A DNA stretch of 64,000 nt from the NCBI GenBank assembly GCA_964016885.1, contig OZ024740.1:26908001-26972000 (forward strand). Direction: 5' to 3'. The position numbers and the translations under genes are program-made. Shown here one piece after another: positions 46,611 to 60,636 of this stretch. The notes under the pieces are model-generated. The model was not told the origin of the DNA, did not search any database, and was given only the letters and a program-made list of their open reading frames with translations. Positions within the stretch are counted from its first letter, which is position 1. The number at the start of each line of letters is the position of its first letter. Source of the DNA: Eledone cirrhosa (taxonomy: Eukaryota).

Positions 46611-47542
46611 ATGGGGGGGATTTTTTTAGTTGAAGGTAGTAGTAATGCTTGTAGTGGGGTGTTTGTAGTGTTTGAGATGTTTGTGGTCCTTGTGTGTTGT
46701 GGTGATGGTGGTGGCGCTGCTGATGGCGGCGGGGGGATAGAGATGCTGGGGAGGTGTGGGGAGGTGTTATCACTTTTTTCTGCTTCTTCAATTCTCCGTT
46801 CTTTTTTTCATTCTCTCTTCTCCCTATCCTATTCTCCTCCTCCCTCTTTTCTACTACAACTTTCTCTCTGTCCCTCTCACTCTCTCTCTCACTCTCTCTC
46901 TCTCTCTCTACTCTCCCTCTCTTTCTCTCTCTCTCTCTCTCTCTCTATCTCTCGTTGTTACACTTTCCATCTCCTTTCCCTCCTCCAACAGCTCCGGACA
47001 TCACCACTCTCCTTTCTTAAATCAATAGCAACTTAGAGAATCTTACGAAATATCTCCAACAATGGATCCCAAAGTTAGAACGCTTATAATATTTTCCAAA
47101 ACAGTAAGACCCATACCTCTATTTTACGGACTATTCCATCCACCCTAAATTCAACAAGATACTAAATGAAAGAGCATTCGTTTTAGAAAGAAATTATATT
47201 TTATTAAAAGACACATTATCTCGCACTCATTCGAGTTCCTAGGAACCCACTTTGGACACCCAGACCCGGAGATTGCTCTCTCCGAATAATGGGTTGAATC
47301 CTAGATCTGATTGCATCCCGTGAAAAATATCTCCGTTCCTCTTCTGGAGACGAGCTAGACCTTTTCAGGTATGCATTTCTGGAAGATCAATGCATTGAAC
47401 TTTAGCTCTGTCAGTTGTAAAAACTGGTTTCATATGCGAGTTGATACCAACTGTTTGAGTAAGGTTTAGATGGAGGCTCAATATTTTCGTTCGTTAAAGA
47501 AGTGAACTACTTTTAATGGAAGCTCAATTCCATTTAGCTTAA

Positions 47543-47756
47543 CCCTTTAGCATTTAAACCGGCTGTATCCGGCCAGAATTCACTCATTTACCTCTTTCTG
47601 TTGAAACTGGCCATAACTAGCCACTCATACTGATTTTAATTGTTCTCAAACTAAATAATACCAAAATCTCATAGATTCCATATTATGTGAGATATTACGT
47701 GAAATAAAGCTTTTATCATGAAAATACAAGAGTATATATAGAGTAATGTTAAATGG
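47543..47756. mobile_element. piggyBac-type MITE
   Basis: TTAA|CCCTTTAGCATT ... AATGTTAAATGG|TTAA; imperfect TIRs and a TTAA duplication. Confidence 0.6.
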
Positions 47757-48426
47757 TTAACACACTCTCAGTTATAGTCAGACAAATTCATAGAAACACA
47801 AGTACACAGGCCGATACAATTAAAGTCGAGCAGAGAGAAATTGGCAGCGTGTGTGATGGAGATAGAGAAGGTAGAGTAGCTAGACAAAATAAGAGAGAGG
47901 AGAGGATAGAGAGACGGATGTGAAATTCAGTGATGACGTATGAAAGTTAAAATAGAGGAAAGCGTTTGAGAAGATTTCATGAATTTTCCAATGAAAGAAA
48001 GGCTTGGTGTTGGATAGGTTGTGGCCTTGAACGTATGAATAGAAGATTAATTGAATGGTGGAATGAGAATATTATAGAATAATGGAATGGGGCAAAAAAA
48101 AACTGTTTCAAGTGATTCTACAATTTTCTGATATTTTCTTTTTCAATATTTTTTCATATTATACCATATCTTGTCTTCTGTCTTCTATCCCTTCTCTCCT
48201 CTCTTCATTTTCCTTTACTACCAACTCTCCTGTCTTCTGTCTTCATCTGTCTCCTCCTCCTCCTCCTCCTGCTACTCCTCTACTTTGACTCCTATATTCT
48301 GTCATATTACGTCTCCTGCCTCTGTCATCGCCCGTCATCGACATTTTTCTCTCATCTCCTCTATTCCGTCTGTCTTCTACGTTGTCGCTCAAACTCTCCC
48401 CCTCTTACTTTCTCTCTCTCTCTCTC

Positions 48427-48472
<46 letters not shown>

Positions 48473-48567
48473 TCTCTCTCTCTCTACTCATTTTAAACGA
48501 AAACAAGAAGAAAGAGTATACAATGACAATAATGGTTTCTAACATAATAATAATAATAATAATAATA

Positions 48568-48815
48568 ATTGTTTCTACTTTTGGCACAAGGCCAGCAATT
48601 ATCTCAGTGTATTACTGGTACTTTATTTTATCGACCTCGTAAGGATGAAAGGCAAAGTTAACCTCGGCGGGATTTGAGCTCAGACAATAAAGGGCCGTAA
48701 CTCTTTGCGTGCAAAGCATGGCGTCTGATAATAATAATAATAATTGTTTCTACTTTAGGCACAAGGCCAGCAATCATCCAGTGCATTACTGGTACTTTAT
48801 TTTATCGACCTCGTT
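48568..48815 (-). mobile_element. Two stacked truncated SINE family 1 copies
   Basis: Each begins at a (TAA)n tail. Confidence 0.85.
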
Positions 48816-48975
48816 AATAATGAATGCTACACATTATGATGATAATGACGACGACGATGACGGGTTAAAGATGAGGATAGTAATGATGATGATGATTATG
48901 ATGATGGTGGTGATGATGATGGTGATGATGGTGATGGTGGTGGTGGTGGTGGTGGTGATTGTAAAAGAAATGGAA

Positions 48976-49183
48976 AGTAGGGTGTGTATGAGATAGGGTG
49001 TATGTGAGGTAGGGTGTCAGAGGTAGGGTGTATGTGTGGTAGGGTGTCTGAGGTAGGGTGTATGTGTGATAGGGTGTATGTGGTAGGGTGTCTGAGGTAG
49101 GGTGTATGTGTGATAGGGTGTACGTGAGGTAGGGTGTCTGTGGTAGGGTGTATGTGAGGTAGGGTGTCTGTGGTAGGGTGTGT
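48976..49183. repeat. 14/16-bp minisatellite
   Basis: GTAGGGTGTCTGAG and GTAGGGTGTATGTGAG units. Confidence 0.9.
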
Positions 49184-49907
49184 ACATCAGGAGGTTAGGG
49201 AATGCTTTTTGTTCGTATAAAATGTTTTGGTCGGCTGGTTGTGGGTTGGTGATGTAAGGGTGTTGTGTATAGGGATGATGTGGCTAGTGTTCACTAGCAA
49301 TAGTGATGGTGGTGGTGGTAGAGGTGATGGTGGTGGTAGTGGTGTTGGTGTTGGTGGTGGTCATGGTGGTGGTAGTGGTAGTGGTGGTGGTGTCGGTGGT
49401 GGTGGTGGTGGTGGTGGTGGTGGTGGTGGTGGTGGTGGTGGTGGTGGTAGTGGTGATGGTGGTGGTACTGGTAGTGGTGGTGGTGCTGGTGGTAGATGTG
49501 GTGGTGCTGGTGGTGGGGGAGAGGATGATGGGACGTTGGTAATGGATAGTTTGCTTGGGTAGAAACTGAAGGGGTAGGGTTGGTTATCTAAATCAAGTGG
49601 TATTGTCTGGTGTGGTTTGGTGGGCGTGAATACGGCAATATGTTTGATGGGGGTGACGTTTGTAGAGAGGGTGGGGGAGTCATGAAGTTGATAAGGATAT
49701 AGATGTTGTTGGTGGTGTGGTGGGGTACGTAGTGGTGAGGGTGACATTGTCAATTAGGTTAAAAGTATCGGTAACCTTAATAGTTGCCCTGATGGAGTGT
49801 GAGGAAAGAGAGAAATAGAAATAGACAAACAGATAGAAAGAAGGAGAGAAAGAGAGAATGACAAAGAGAGAAGGAGAGAGAGGATTGAAAGCGGCATCTG
49901 TGGGGTC

Positions 49908-49949
<42 letters not shown>

Positions 49950-50073
49950 GGAACAAGTATGACCCCGGCGGCAGAGCTCAAGCCGTTTCGACGGCTAATT
50001 CAGTCCAGAATTAGCCGTCGAAACGGCTTGAGCTCTGCCGTCGAGGTCATACTTGTTCCTATTACCCACTCTA

Positions 50074-50171
<98 letters not shown>

Positions 50172-50290
50172 GGAGGTGAGTTTTATTGTAGCACAATAAA
50201 GCAATGCAAATATCGGATAAGTAGCATTCAACAGTTTATTGGACTGGAGTATATGTAAGAAGAAATTAAAAGATGGTTAAAAAGTTCCAT

Positions 50291-50363
50291 CTATTTTATT
50301 ATGCGCATTTCAAAAACAAACATCATCCAGGGAGGATATTTGCGTTCTCATCAGATAAAATAG
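50291..50363 (-). ncRNA. Minimal type I hammerhead ribozyme
   Basis: Reverse-complement copy of 50536-50608. Confidence 0.8.
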
Positions 50364-50535
50364 GGAGACATGATATGAAGCTTAAAAAAGACACTTGTGA
50401 GCAAGGTAGTATCTAATCAACATAGATGTAGTGTCTAAACAATAGGTAATAATATAGGTAGTGTCTAAACAACATATATTGTTTAGACACTACCTTGCTC
50501 ACAAGTGTCTTTTTTAAACTTCATATCATGTCTCC

Positions 50536-50608
50536 CTATTTTATCTGATGAGAACGCAAATATCCTCCCTGGATGATGTTTGTTTTTGAAATGCGCATAA
50601 TAAAATAG
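50536..50608 (+). ncRNA. Minimal type I hammerhead ribozyme
   Basis: CTATTTTAT CTGATGA [GAACGCAAATATCC-TCCCT-GGATGATGTTTGTTTTT] GAAA TGCGCA TA^ ATAAAATAG. Helix I is a perfect 9 bp, the core is canonical and helix III is the palindrome ATGCGCAT. Confidence 0.8.
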
Positions 50609-50733
50609 ATGGAACTTTTAAAACCATCCTTAAATTTCTTCTTATATATACTCCAGTCCAATAACCTGTTGAGTGCTACTTATCCGATATTTGCATTGCT
50701 TTATTGTGCTACAATAAAACTGACCTCCTACAT

Positions 50734-50876
<143 letters not shown>

Positions 50877-51305
50877 ATATACACATATACGTGTATGTAT
50901 ATGTGTGTGAGGTTGTATACAATCCTATAGGAATTATTTCTACAGAAACAGAATTCTTTCATACGGTCGATTTGTTCTGCTTTCTTTTAAGTTTCACAAT
51001 TGTCCGACAAATCAAACTGCCAAATCAATCTATAATACTTCATCGAACATTTGCAAAACCTTGAGTTCAGACACAAAGTATTGGCAGAACAAATACAATT
51101 ATGTCTCAGATAAAGTGTTCAGTACTTTAATTTCATACTTGCAGTTAGTTGTGTTCATCACACACACACATATGCATTTACACACACACAGATATATATA
51201 TATAAGTATATGTGTGCGTGTGTATGAGTGTAGGTGTGTGTGTTTGTTTGCGTGTTTGTGTGTGTGTATGTGTGGATGTGCCTGTGTATATCTTATCATT
51301 ATGAT

Positions 51306-51700
51306 GGCATTGGATTGGCAGTATCGGTAGAGAGTTGGGCTCCATGCTTTCTAGCATAGAGTTATGGCCCTTGCCATTCTGACTTCAAATCCCGTCGAGG
51401 TTAACTTTGCCTTTCATCCTTAAGGGGTCGATAAAATAAAGTACCAGTAATGTACTGGTTTATTGCTGGCCTTGTGCCAAAAGTAGAAACAATTATTATC
51501 TTTATGATTATTAAGAGTTATGGTTTGGCAGTATCAGTAGAGCGTCAGACATCATGCTTTGTGGCATAGAGTTATATCTCTTTACGTGCTGAATTCAGAT
51601 CCACCCGGGGTTAGTTTTGCTTTCATCGTTACGGGGTCGTTGAAATAATGTACCAGTAATGCACTGAGGTCGATTTAATCGAATTTGCCCTCCCACAGAA
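51306..51700 (+). mobile_element. Two adjacent SINE family 1 copies (short and long subfamilies)
   Basis: Copies at 51306-51497 and ~51520-51700. Confidence 0.85.
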
Positions 51701-52112
51701 TTGCGACAAATCGCTTTATAAAGATCTCGAGATTAGCAATATTAGTGGAATTATAACTGTGCTATATATTATTATAGAACTTCGCTTTCCATCGTGAGAT
51801 CAAATCTTCCCACTGTCAGTGACAATACCAGTAAACTACTGGTGTCTAGAAATACTAAGTCGAAATATGGTTTCATATTCGATCTCTGATTCCTACCTAT
51901 GATAAATGTGTGGCTTGTTGCAATGTACATATTATTAATGATTATCACCATCATCATCATCCTCATCGTCAACATCGTAGTAATCATCATCATCATCATC
52001 CCCAGCAGCATTATAATCATAATCATCATCCCAAGCTAACAAAGGAGTCTTTTGCTGGCTCAACGTTCTGGCATTAAATCATGGCTGCGTTCTCCTGAGA
52101 AATAGGAAGAAC

Positions 52113-55100
52113 ATAATCTACTCCTGGCCACAATCTACTCCTGGCTACAATCTACTCCAGGACAGAATCAACTCCTGGTCACAATCTACTCCTGGCTACA
52201 ATCTACTCCTGGACACGATCTACTCCTGGACACAATCTACTCCTGGACACAATCTACTCCTGGACACGATCTACTCCTGGACACAATCTACTCCTGGACA
52301 CAATCTACTCCGGCCACAATCTACTCCTATACACAATCTACTCCTAGACACAATCTACTCATAGATACAATCTACTCCTGGACACAATCTACTCCTAGAC
52401 ACAATCTACTCCTATACACAATCTACTCCTAGACACAATCTACTCCTAGACACAATCTACTCCTATACACAATCTACTCCTGGACACAATCTACTCCTAG
52501 ACACAATCTACTCCTAGACACAATCTACTCATAGATACAATCTACTCCTAGACACAATCTACTCATAGACACAATCTACTCCTAGACACAATCTACTCAT
52601 AGATACAATCTACTCCTGGACACAATCTACTCCTAGACACAATCTACTCCTATACACAATCTACCCCTAGACACAATCTACTCCTAGACACAATCTACTC
52701 CTATACACAATCTACTCCTAGACACAATCTACTCCTAGACACAATCTACTCCTGGCCACAATCTACTTCTAGACACAATCTACTCCTGGACGCAATCTAC
52801 ACTTGAACACAATCTACTCCTAGACACAATCTACTCCCAGACACAATCTACTCCTGGAGACAATATACTCCTGGCCACAATCTACTCCCAGACACAATCT
52901 ACTCCTGGAGACAATCTACTCCTAGACACAATCTACTCCCAGACACAATCTACTCCTAGACACAATCTACTCCCAGACACAATCTACTCCTAGACACAAT
53001 CTACTCCCAGACACAATCTACTCCTGGAGACAATATACTCTGGACACGATCTACTCCTAGACACATTCTACTCCTAGACACAATCTACTCCTGGAGACAA
53101 TATACTCCTGGCCACAATCTACTCCTGGACACAATCTACTCCTGGACACAATCTACTCCTGGACACAATCTACTCCTGAACACAATCTACTCCTAGACCC
53201 AATCTACTCCTAGACACAATCTATCTCTAGACACAATCTACTCCTGGACACAATCTACTCCTGGACACAATCTACTCCTGGACACAATCTGCTCCTGGAC
53301 ACAATCTACTCCTAGACACAATCTATATCTAGACACAATCTACTCCTGGACACAATCTACTCCTGGACACAATCTGCTCCTGGACACAATCTACTCCTAG
53401 ACACAATCTATCTCTAGACACAATCTACTCCTGGACACAATCTACTCCTGGACACAATCTACTCCTGGACACAATCTACTCCTGAACACAATCTACTCCT
53501 AGACACAATCTACTCCTGGACACAATCTACTCCTGGACACAATCTACTGCTAGACACAATCTACTCCTACACACAATCTACTCCTAGACACAATCTACTC
53601 CTAGACACAATCTACTCCTGGACACAATCTACTCCTAGACACAATCTACTCCTGGACACAATCTACTCCTGGCCACAATCTACTCCTAGACACAATCTAC
53701 TGCTAGACACAATCTACTCCTACACACAATCTACTCCTAGACACAATCTACTGCTAGACACAATCTACTCCTACCCACAATCTACTCCTAGACACAATCT
53801 ATCTCTAGACACAATCTACTCCTAGACACAATCTACTCCTGGACACAATCTACTGCTAGACACAATCTACTCCTACACACAATCTACTCCTAGACACAAT
53901 CTATCTCTAGACACAATCTACTCCTGGACACAATCTACTCCTGGACACAATCTACTCCTAGACACAATCTACTCCCAGACACAATCTACTCCTGGACACA
54001 ATCTACTCCTGGCCACAATCAACACCTAGACACAATCTACTCCTAGACACAATCTACTCCTGGACACAATCTACTGCTAGACACAATCTACTCCTACACA
54101 CAATCTACTCCTAGACACAATCTACTCCTAGACACAATCTACTCCCAGACACAATCTACTCCTGGACACAATCTACTCCTAGACACAATCTACTCCTGGC
54201 CACAATCTACTCCTAGACACAATCTACTCACAGACACAATCTACTCCTGGACACAACTACTCCTGGACACAATCTACTCCTAGACACAATCTACTCCTGG
54301 ACACAATCTACTCCTAGACACAATCTACTCCTAGACACAATCTACTCTTGGACACAATCTACTCCTGGACACAATCTACTCCTGGACACAATCTACTCCT
54401 AGACACTATCTACTCCTGGACACAATCTACTCCTAGACACAATCTACTCCTAGACACAATCTTCTCTTGGACACAATCTACTCCTGGACACAATCTACTC
54501 CTGGACACAATCTACTCCTGGACACAATCTACTCCTGGACACAATCTACTCCTAGACACAATCTACTCCTAGACACAATCTACTCCTGGCCACAATCTAC
54601 TCCTAGACACTATCTACTCTTGGACACAATCTACTCCTGGACACAACTACTCCTGGACACAATCTACTCCTAGACACAATCTACTCCTAGACACAATCTT
54701 CTCTTGGACACAATCTACTCCTGGACACAATCTACTCATAGATACAATCTACTCATAGATACAATCTACTCCTGGACACAATCTACTCCTGGACACAATC
54801 TACTCCTGGACACAATCTACTCCTAGACACAATCTACTCCTAGACACAATCTACTCCTGGCCACAATCTACTCCTAGACACAATCTACTCCTGGCCACAA
54901 TCTACTCCTCGACACAATCTACTCCTCCACACAATCTACTCCTAGACACAATCTACTCCTAGACACAATCTACTCCCAGACACAATCTACTCCTGGACAC
55001 AATCTACTGCTAGACACAATCTACACCTGGCCACAATCTTCTCTAAGACACAATCTACTCCTAGACACAATCTACTCCTGGAAACAATCTACACTTAGAC

Positions 55101-56457
55101 ACAATTTACTCCTGGCCTCAATCTACTCCTGGCCACAATCTACTCCTAGACACAATCTACTCCCAGACACAATCTACTCCTTCACACAATCTACTCCTAG
55201 ACACAATCTACTCCTTCACACAATCTACTCCTGGACACAATCTACTCCTAGACATAATCTACTCCTGGACACAATCTACTCCTGGACACAATCTACTCCT
55301 GGCCTCAATCTACTCCTGGACACAATCTACTCCTGGACACAATCTACTCCTGGACACAATCTACTCCTAGACACAATCTACCCCTAGACACAATCTACTC
55401 CTAGACACAATCTACTCCTAGACACAATCTACTCCTGGACACAACTACTCCTGGACACAATCTACTCCTAGACACAATCTATCTCTAGACACAATCTACT
55501 CCTAGACACAATCTATCTCTAGACACAATCTACTCCTAGACACAATCTACTCCTGGACACAATCTACTCCTGGACACAACTACTCCTGGACACAATCTAC
55601 TCCTAGACACAATCTATATCTAGACACAATCTACTCCTAGACACAATCTATCTCTAGACACAATCTACCCCTAGACACAATCTACTCCTGGACACAATCT
55701 ACTCCTGGACACAATCTATCTCTAGACACAATCTACTCCTAGACACAATCTATCTCTAGACACAATCTACTCCTAGACACAATCTATCTCTAGACACAAT
55801 CTACTCCTAGACACAATCTATCTCTAGACACAATCTACCCCTAGACACAATCTACTCCTGGACACAATCTACTCCTGGACACAATCTATCTCTAGACACA
55901 ATCTACTCCTAGACACAATCTATCTCTAGACACAATCTACTCCTAGACACAATCTATCTCTAGACACAATCTACTCCTAGACACAATCTATCTCTAGACA
56001 CAATCTACCCCTAGACACAATCTACTCCTGGACACAATCTACTCCTGGACACAATCTATCTCTAGACACAATCTACTCCTAGACACAATCTATCTCTAGA
56101 CACAATCTACTCCTAGACACAATCTATCTCTAGACACAATCTACTCCTAGACACAATCTATCTCTAGACACAATCTACTCCTAGACACAATCTACTCCTA
56201 GACACAATCTATCTCTAGACACAATCTACTCCTAGACACAATCAACTCCTGGACACAATCTACTCCTGGACACAATCTACTCCTGGACACAATCTACTCC
56301 TAGACACAATCTACCCCTAGACACAATCTACTACTAGACACAATCTTTTCTTGGACACAATCTACACCTGGACACAATCTACCCCTAGACACAATCTACT
56401 CCTGGCCACAATCTACTCCTGGACACAATCTACTCCTGGACACAACTACTCCTGGAC
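52113..56457. repeat. 17-bp tandem array, ~255 copies
   Basis: Unit ACAATCTACTCCT(G/A)GAC with variants. Confidence 0.98.
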
Positions 56458-56494
56458 GCTCTTACATTTTCGTGTTTATTATAATGGGTAGACA

Positions 56495-56635
56495 TAGGAC
56501 ATCATGCTTCGTGGCATAAAGTTACGTGCCCTTATCGGGTCGATAAAATAAAGTACCAGTATTGTACTGGAGTCGATTTAACCGACTTTTCCCGTCCCTT
56601 CAAACCGTTGGCCTTGTGCCTTATGTATAAATAAT
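56495..56635 (+). mobile_element. SINE family 1, internally deleted
   Basis: Core GGGTCGATAAAATAAAGTACCAG present; a further 5' half at 56868-56944 is cut by the gap. Confidence 0.75.
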
Positions 56636-56944
56636 TATTGAGTAGAATTTCTTTCATCGAAATCTACTGGGGAACGTGGAATTTGACCTTAGCAAGAATA
56701 TCAACAACATCATCACCATCGCCATTCGTCTGATTGTAATTATCATTACAATTATCATCATCATCATCATCAACAGTAATATCACCATCATCATCATTAC
56801 CATCACCATCATAACCATGCACCATCCTCACAATCAGCATCATTACCATCACCATCATTACCATCATCGGTGAATTGCAGTATCGGTAGGATGACAGACA
56901 CCATGCTTTACAGCATAGAGTTGTGGCCCTTTACGTGCTCAGTT

Positions 56945-57144
56945 NNNNNNNNNNNNNNNNNNNNNNNNNNNNNNNNNNNNNNNNNNNNNNNNNNNNNNNN
57001 NNNNNNNNNNNNNNNNNNNNNNNNNNNNNNNNNNNNNNNNNNNNNNNNNNNNNNNNNNNNNNNNNNNNNNNNNNNNNNNNNNNNNNNNNNNNNNNNNNNN
57101 NNNNNNNNNNNNNNNNNNNNNNNNNNNNNNNNNNNNNNNNNNNN
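56945..57144. other. Assembly gap (~200 N)
   Basis: Run of N. Confidence 0.99.
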
Positions 57145-57329
57145 TCCTTACCACTATTCCTTTGTTATATATATATATATATATTTGTATATATATATAT
57201 ATATATATATACATATATTGTTTATATGTATGTATGTATATATGTATATATATATATATATGTATTTATATATATGCATTTATATATAAATGTATATATA
57301 TATATTTATATACACACACACACACACGC

Positions 57330-57385
<56 letters not shown>

Positions 57386-57656
57386 GTTTTTAAATATCTT
57401 ATTTTTAGTGAGACATATGTCAAGGTTGTTATTCAGTTCCATTTTAAAACACAAAACATCGTCGATGGGCGTGCACGCTTAATTACAAAAACACGCACAA
57501 ACACCTCATACAGATATACACACACACACACACCACTCTCTCTCTCTCCCTCTCTCTCTCAGACATCACATTTACGTTAATACTTGTAACATACACGCAC
57601 ATTTTTGCATGCTAAACGAATATTGCAAACTTGGACATTCACGACAAAATAGATTG

Positions 57657-57777
57657 TTTCTTCTTCTTCTTCTTCTTCTTCTTCTTCTTCTTCTTCTTCT
57701 TCTTCTTCTTCTTCTTCTTCTTCTTCTTCTTCTTCTTCTTCTTCTTCTTCTTCTTCTTCTTCTTCTTCTTCTTCTTC
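57657..57777. repeat. (TTC)n microsatellite
   Basis: Pure run of ~40 units. Confidence 0.98.
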
Positions 57778-58063
57778 ACCACCACCACCATATTTAGTTT
57801 CTTTCTTTACATACAGTGTCAATTATTATTGGTGTGTAGTATACAATGAATATTTGAGTGTGCATAGCCGAAGTGGTTTACACAGTGTCGCTCAGTAGGT
57901 CACACACACCTGATATCAGATAACTCCAGTTAATATTCCTTATCGATATTGTTGGTATTCCTAATCAAGATCAATAGCTTCCATATAGTTTTAACACATG
58001 CCCATTGGTTTCATCAGTAGCCTTTAAAGACCAAATCTACTCCAGTCGGAATTACTTATCTAC

Positions 58064-58277
58064 ATTGGCAGAATCGGTAGAGCGCGGGACATCCTGCTTT
58101 GCAGCATACAGTGACAGCCTTTTACGTTCTCAGTTCAAATCCCGCCGAGTTTAACTTTGCCTTTCATCCTTACGGGATCGATAAAATAAAGTACCAGTCA
58201 CACACTGGGGTCGATTTAATCGACTTTCCTCCTCTCTAAAATTGTTGGCCATGTGTCTATATCAGAAACCGTTATTA
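58064..58277 (+). mobile_element. SINE family 1, long subfamily
   Basis: A/B boxes, core and GTCGATTTAATCGAC. Confidence 0.85.
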
Positions 58278-58665
58278 TACACCCCGAATCTCAACTATCT
58301 GACAACATAGCTTTTCCCACGTAGTGGGAGCTTTTTCCGACTAATTGCATGGATAAGTTCAGTTAAACGATGTTTTCCCTCTCAATATATTCTTGTGAGT
58401 CTAACGTATTTGATGTACATAGCCTAACATTGAGGAACGCCAGAAGTAATCAAGATTGATTGAGAGAAAAGGAGAGAGAGAGAAAGGGAGAGAAAGACAG
58501 AAAGAAAGGAAGATGAGAGACAGACAGGCATAAACTTCTCAGAATGTCTTGATTGAATGCGCACTGACATGACATTTCCGATCGAAGAGATGAGAGGCGA
58601 ATAGAGCATAAATCTGGCAAATATATGGCTGCCAGACAAATATATGTCGCACATAATTTCAGCTG

Positions 58666-58716
<51 letters not shown>

Positions 58717-58763
58717 GTATATAACCACAGATTCATATTTGTATATATACATACAGATATATA

Positions 58764-58795
<32 letters not shown>

Positions 58796-59015
58796 CGCAT
58801 TCATATTTGTATGTGTATGTGTGTAGGGGTGACAAATGTCCATTTGTGTGTGCAAGCGTATAAGTTTGAATTTCTGCATGTATGACTCTACGCCTAATAG
58901 TTACATTCCTCTCTTAATTATCTCCCTTGCCTAATTTTTTTCCTTCACTCTATGATATATGTGGTTATATACAAATATATATATATGTATTTGTTTATAT
59001 ACAAATATATGTATG

Positions 59016-59164
<149 letters not shown>

Positions 59165-59230
59165 TTGTATGTATGTATGTATTCCTATATATGTATATAC
59201 GTATATATATATACATGTATATAGATATAG

Positions 59231-59305
<75 letters not shown>

Positions 59306-60071
59306 TGTATGTATGTATATATGAATATACACACAGGACTATTCAGTCGACTGTACCAGACGTATGAAAACTAAACTGTAATGACTTCACACTTCATTGT
59401 ACTCGCCGTTTGTCTCTCGAAGTACGCCCCACTCATTCACATCTAATCACCGGACCGAGACAAATAGGAGAGTAGGAGAGAAACAAACAAAAAAGACACA
59501 CACACCAAAAATAAATCGATAAAAACATACGAACAAGAGACAGGATTAGAGAGAGAAATATTCAGGGGAACCAGTCAGGCATGCCGCTTGTTAATATGGG
59601 AACTATACAGAAAACAAACTATTATGTTTTTGTTATTTGTAGTAATATTATTTTTATTAGGCTGTTTTTTATCTTGTGTCTGTGTTTTAGTGTTGTTATT
59701 TAACCCTAGGTCAGGGCTTATCGAGCAGACATTATGATCAAAGACATTCCACCAGTTCAGATCTTATTTTTCTTTATTTGTTTTTGTATATAAAGTATTA
59801 TATTATACAATGTATTCTTCAATTTTCAAGTCATTAGTATGTGATTCAAAGGACATTGACTGCAACTTCGGGCAGATCATCCCACCACGTAGCCGATCAA
59901 CACCACATCCTTTGTATGTGAGTGTTTGGGGGTATTTGGCTATTTATTTTGTACCCCAGCCCGTTGTTTAGCTTCATATAAATTCCCATCCGTGCCCAAC
60001 CCATCGTTTAAGTGCCTATCAAGAATTATATTACCCAATCCTTTGATAGTTTCCTTCTCTGTGTATGAGTT

Positions 60072-60115
<44 letters not shown>

Positions 60116-60461
60116 TGTGTGTGTGTGTGTATGGCTGTAGAGAGAGGCGGCCTATGTGCATCTATATGGATTATTTGTGTATTATATATTCTTGTAGCAA
60201 AGAAGGAGGACTCTCATATTGTTGTCATCACGATTTCTTTCACTGGGGTCACCATTACTATTACTTTTCGTCAGTCTGCGTCTATATATATATATATATA
60301 ACGAAGGAAATGTGGTAGGGAACCAGGTGGACCATAACGCACCAAAGTACTCAATACTTGAGGTAGTAGAGTGGGTAATAGGAACCAATAAGACCCCGAC
60401 AGCTGAGCTCAAGCCGTTTCGACGGAACGGCTTGAGCTCAGCTGTCGGGGTCTTACTGGTT

Positions 60462-60532
<71 letters not shown>

Positions 60533-60571
60533 GATATTAATAAATGGAAACTATATTTATAAAACCATATT

Positions 60572-60636
60572 TATTTCATTATACATATTTCAGGGATACC
60601 ACATTAAATTATGGTATGCCTTCATCAGACAAAATA
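60572..60636 (-). ncRNA. Minimal type I hammerhead ribozyme, family C
   Basis: Reverse complement reads TATTTTGT CTGATGA AGG-C-ATACCA..TGGTAT-C-CCT GAAA TATGTA TA^ ATGAAATA. Confidence 0.7.

Larger units (their letters stand above)
50167..50733. mobile_element. ~570-bp fold-back palindrome, Penelope-like inverted terminal repeat
   Basis: ~245-bp reverse-complement arms centred at ~50476, between (TA)n tracts, with a hammerhead in each arm. Confidence 0.8.

Noticed and set aside
48976-49200. Interstitial telomere
   Set aside because: TAGGG lies within 14-16-bp units; only one TTAGGG is present.
52113-56457. CRISPR-like or coding repeat
   Set aside because: No spacers, eukaryotic context, and frequent stops; it is a simple tandem array.
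57577-57849. Poly-Glu, poly-Leu and poly-Phe ORFs
   Set aside because: Translations of (TTC)n.
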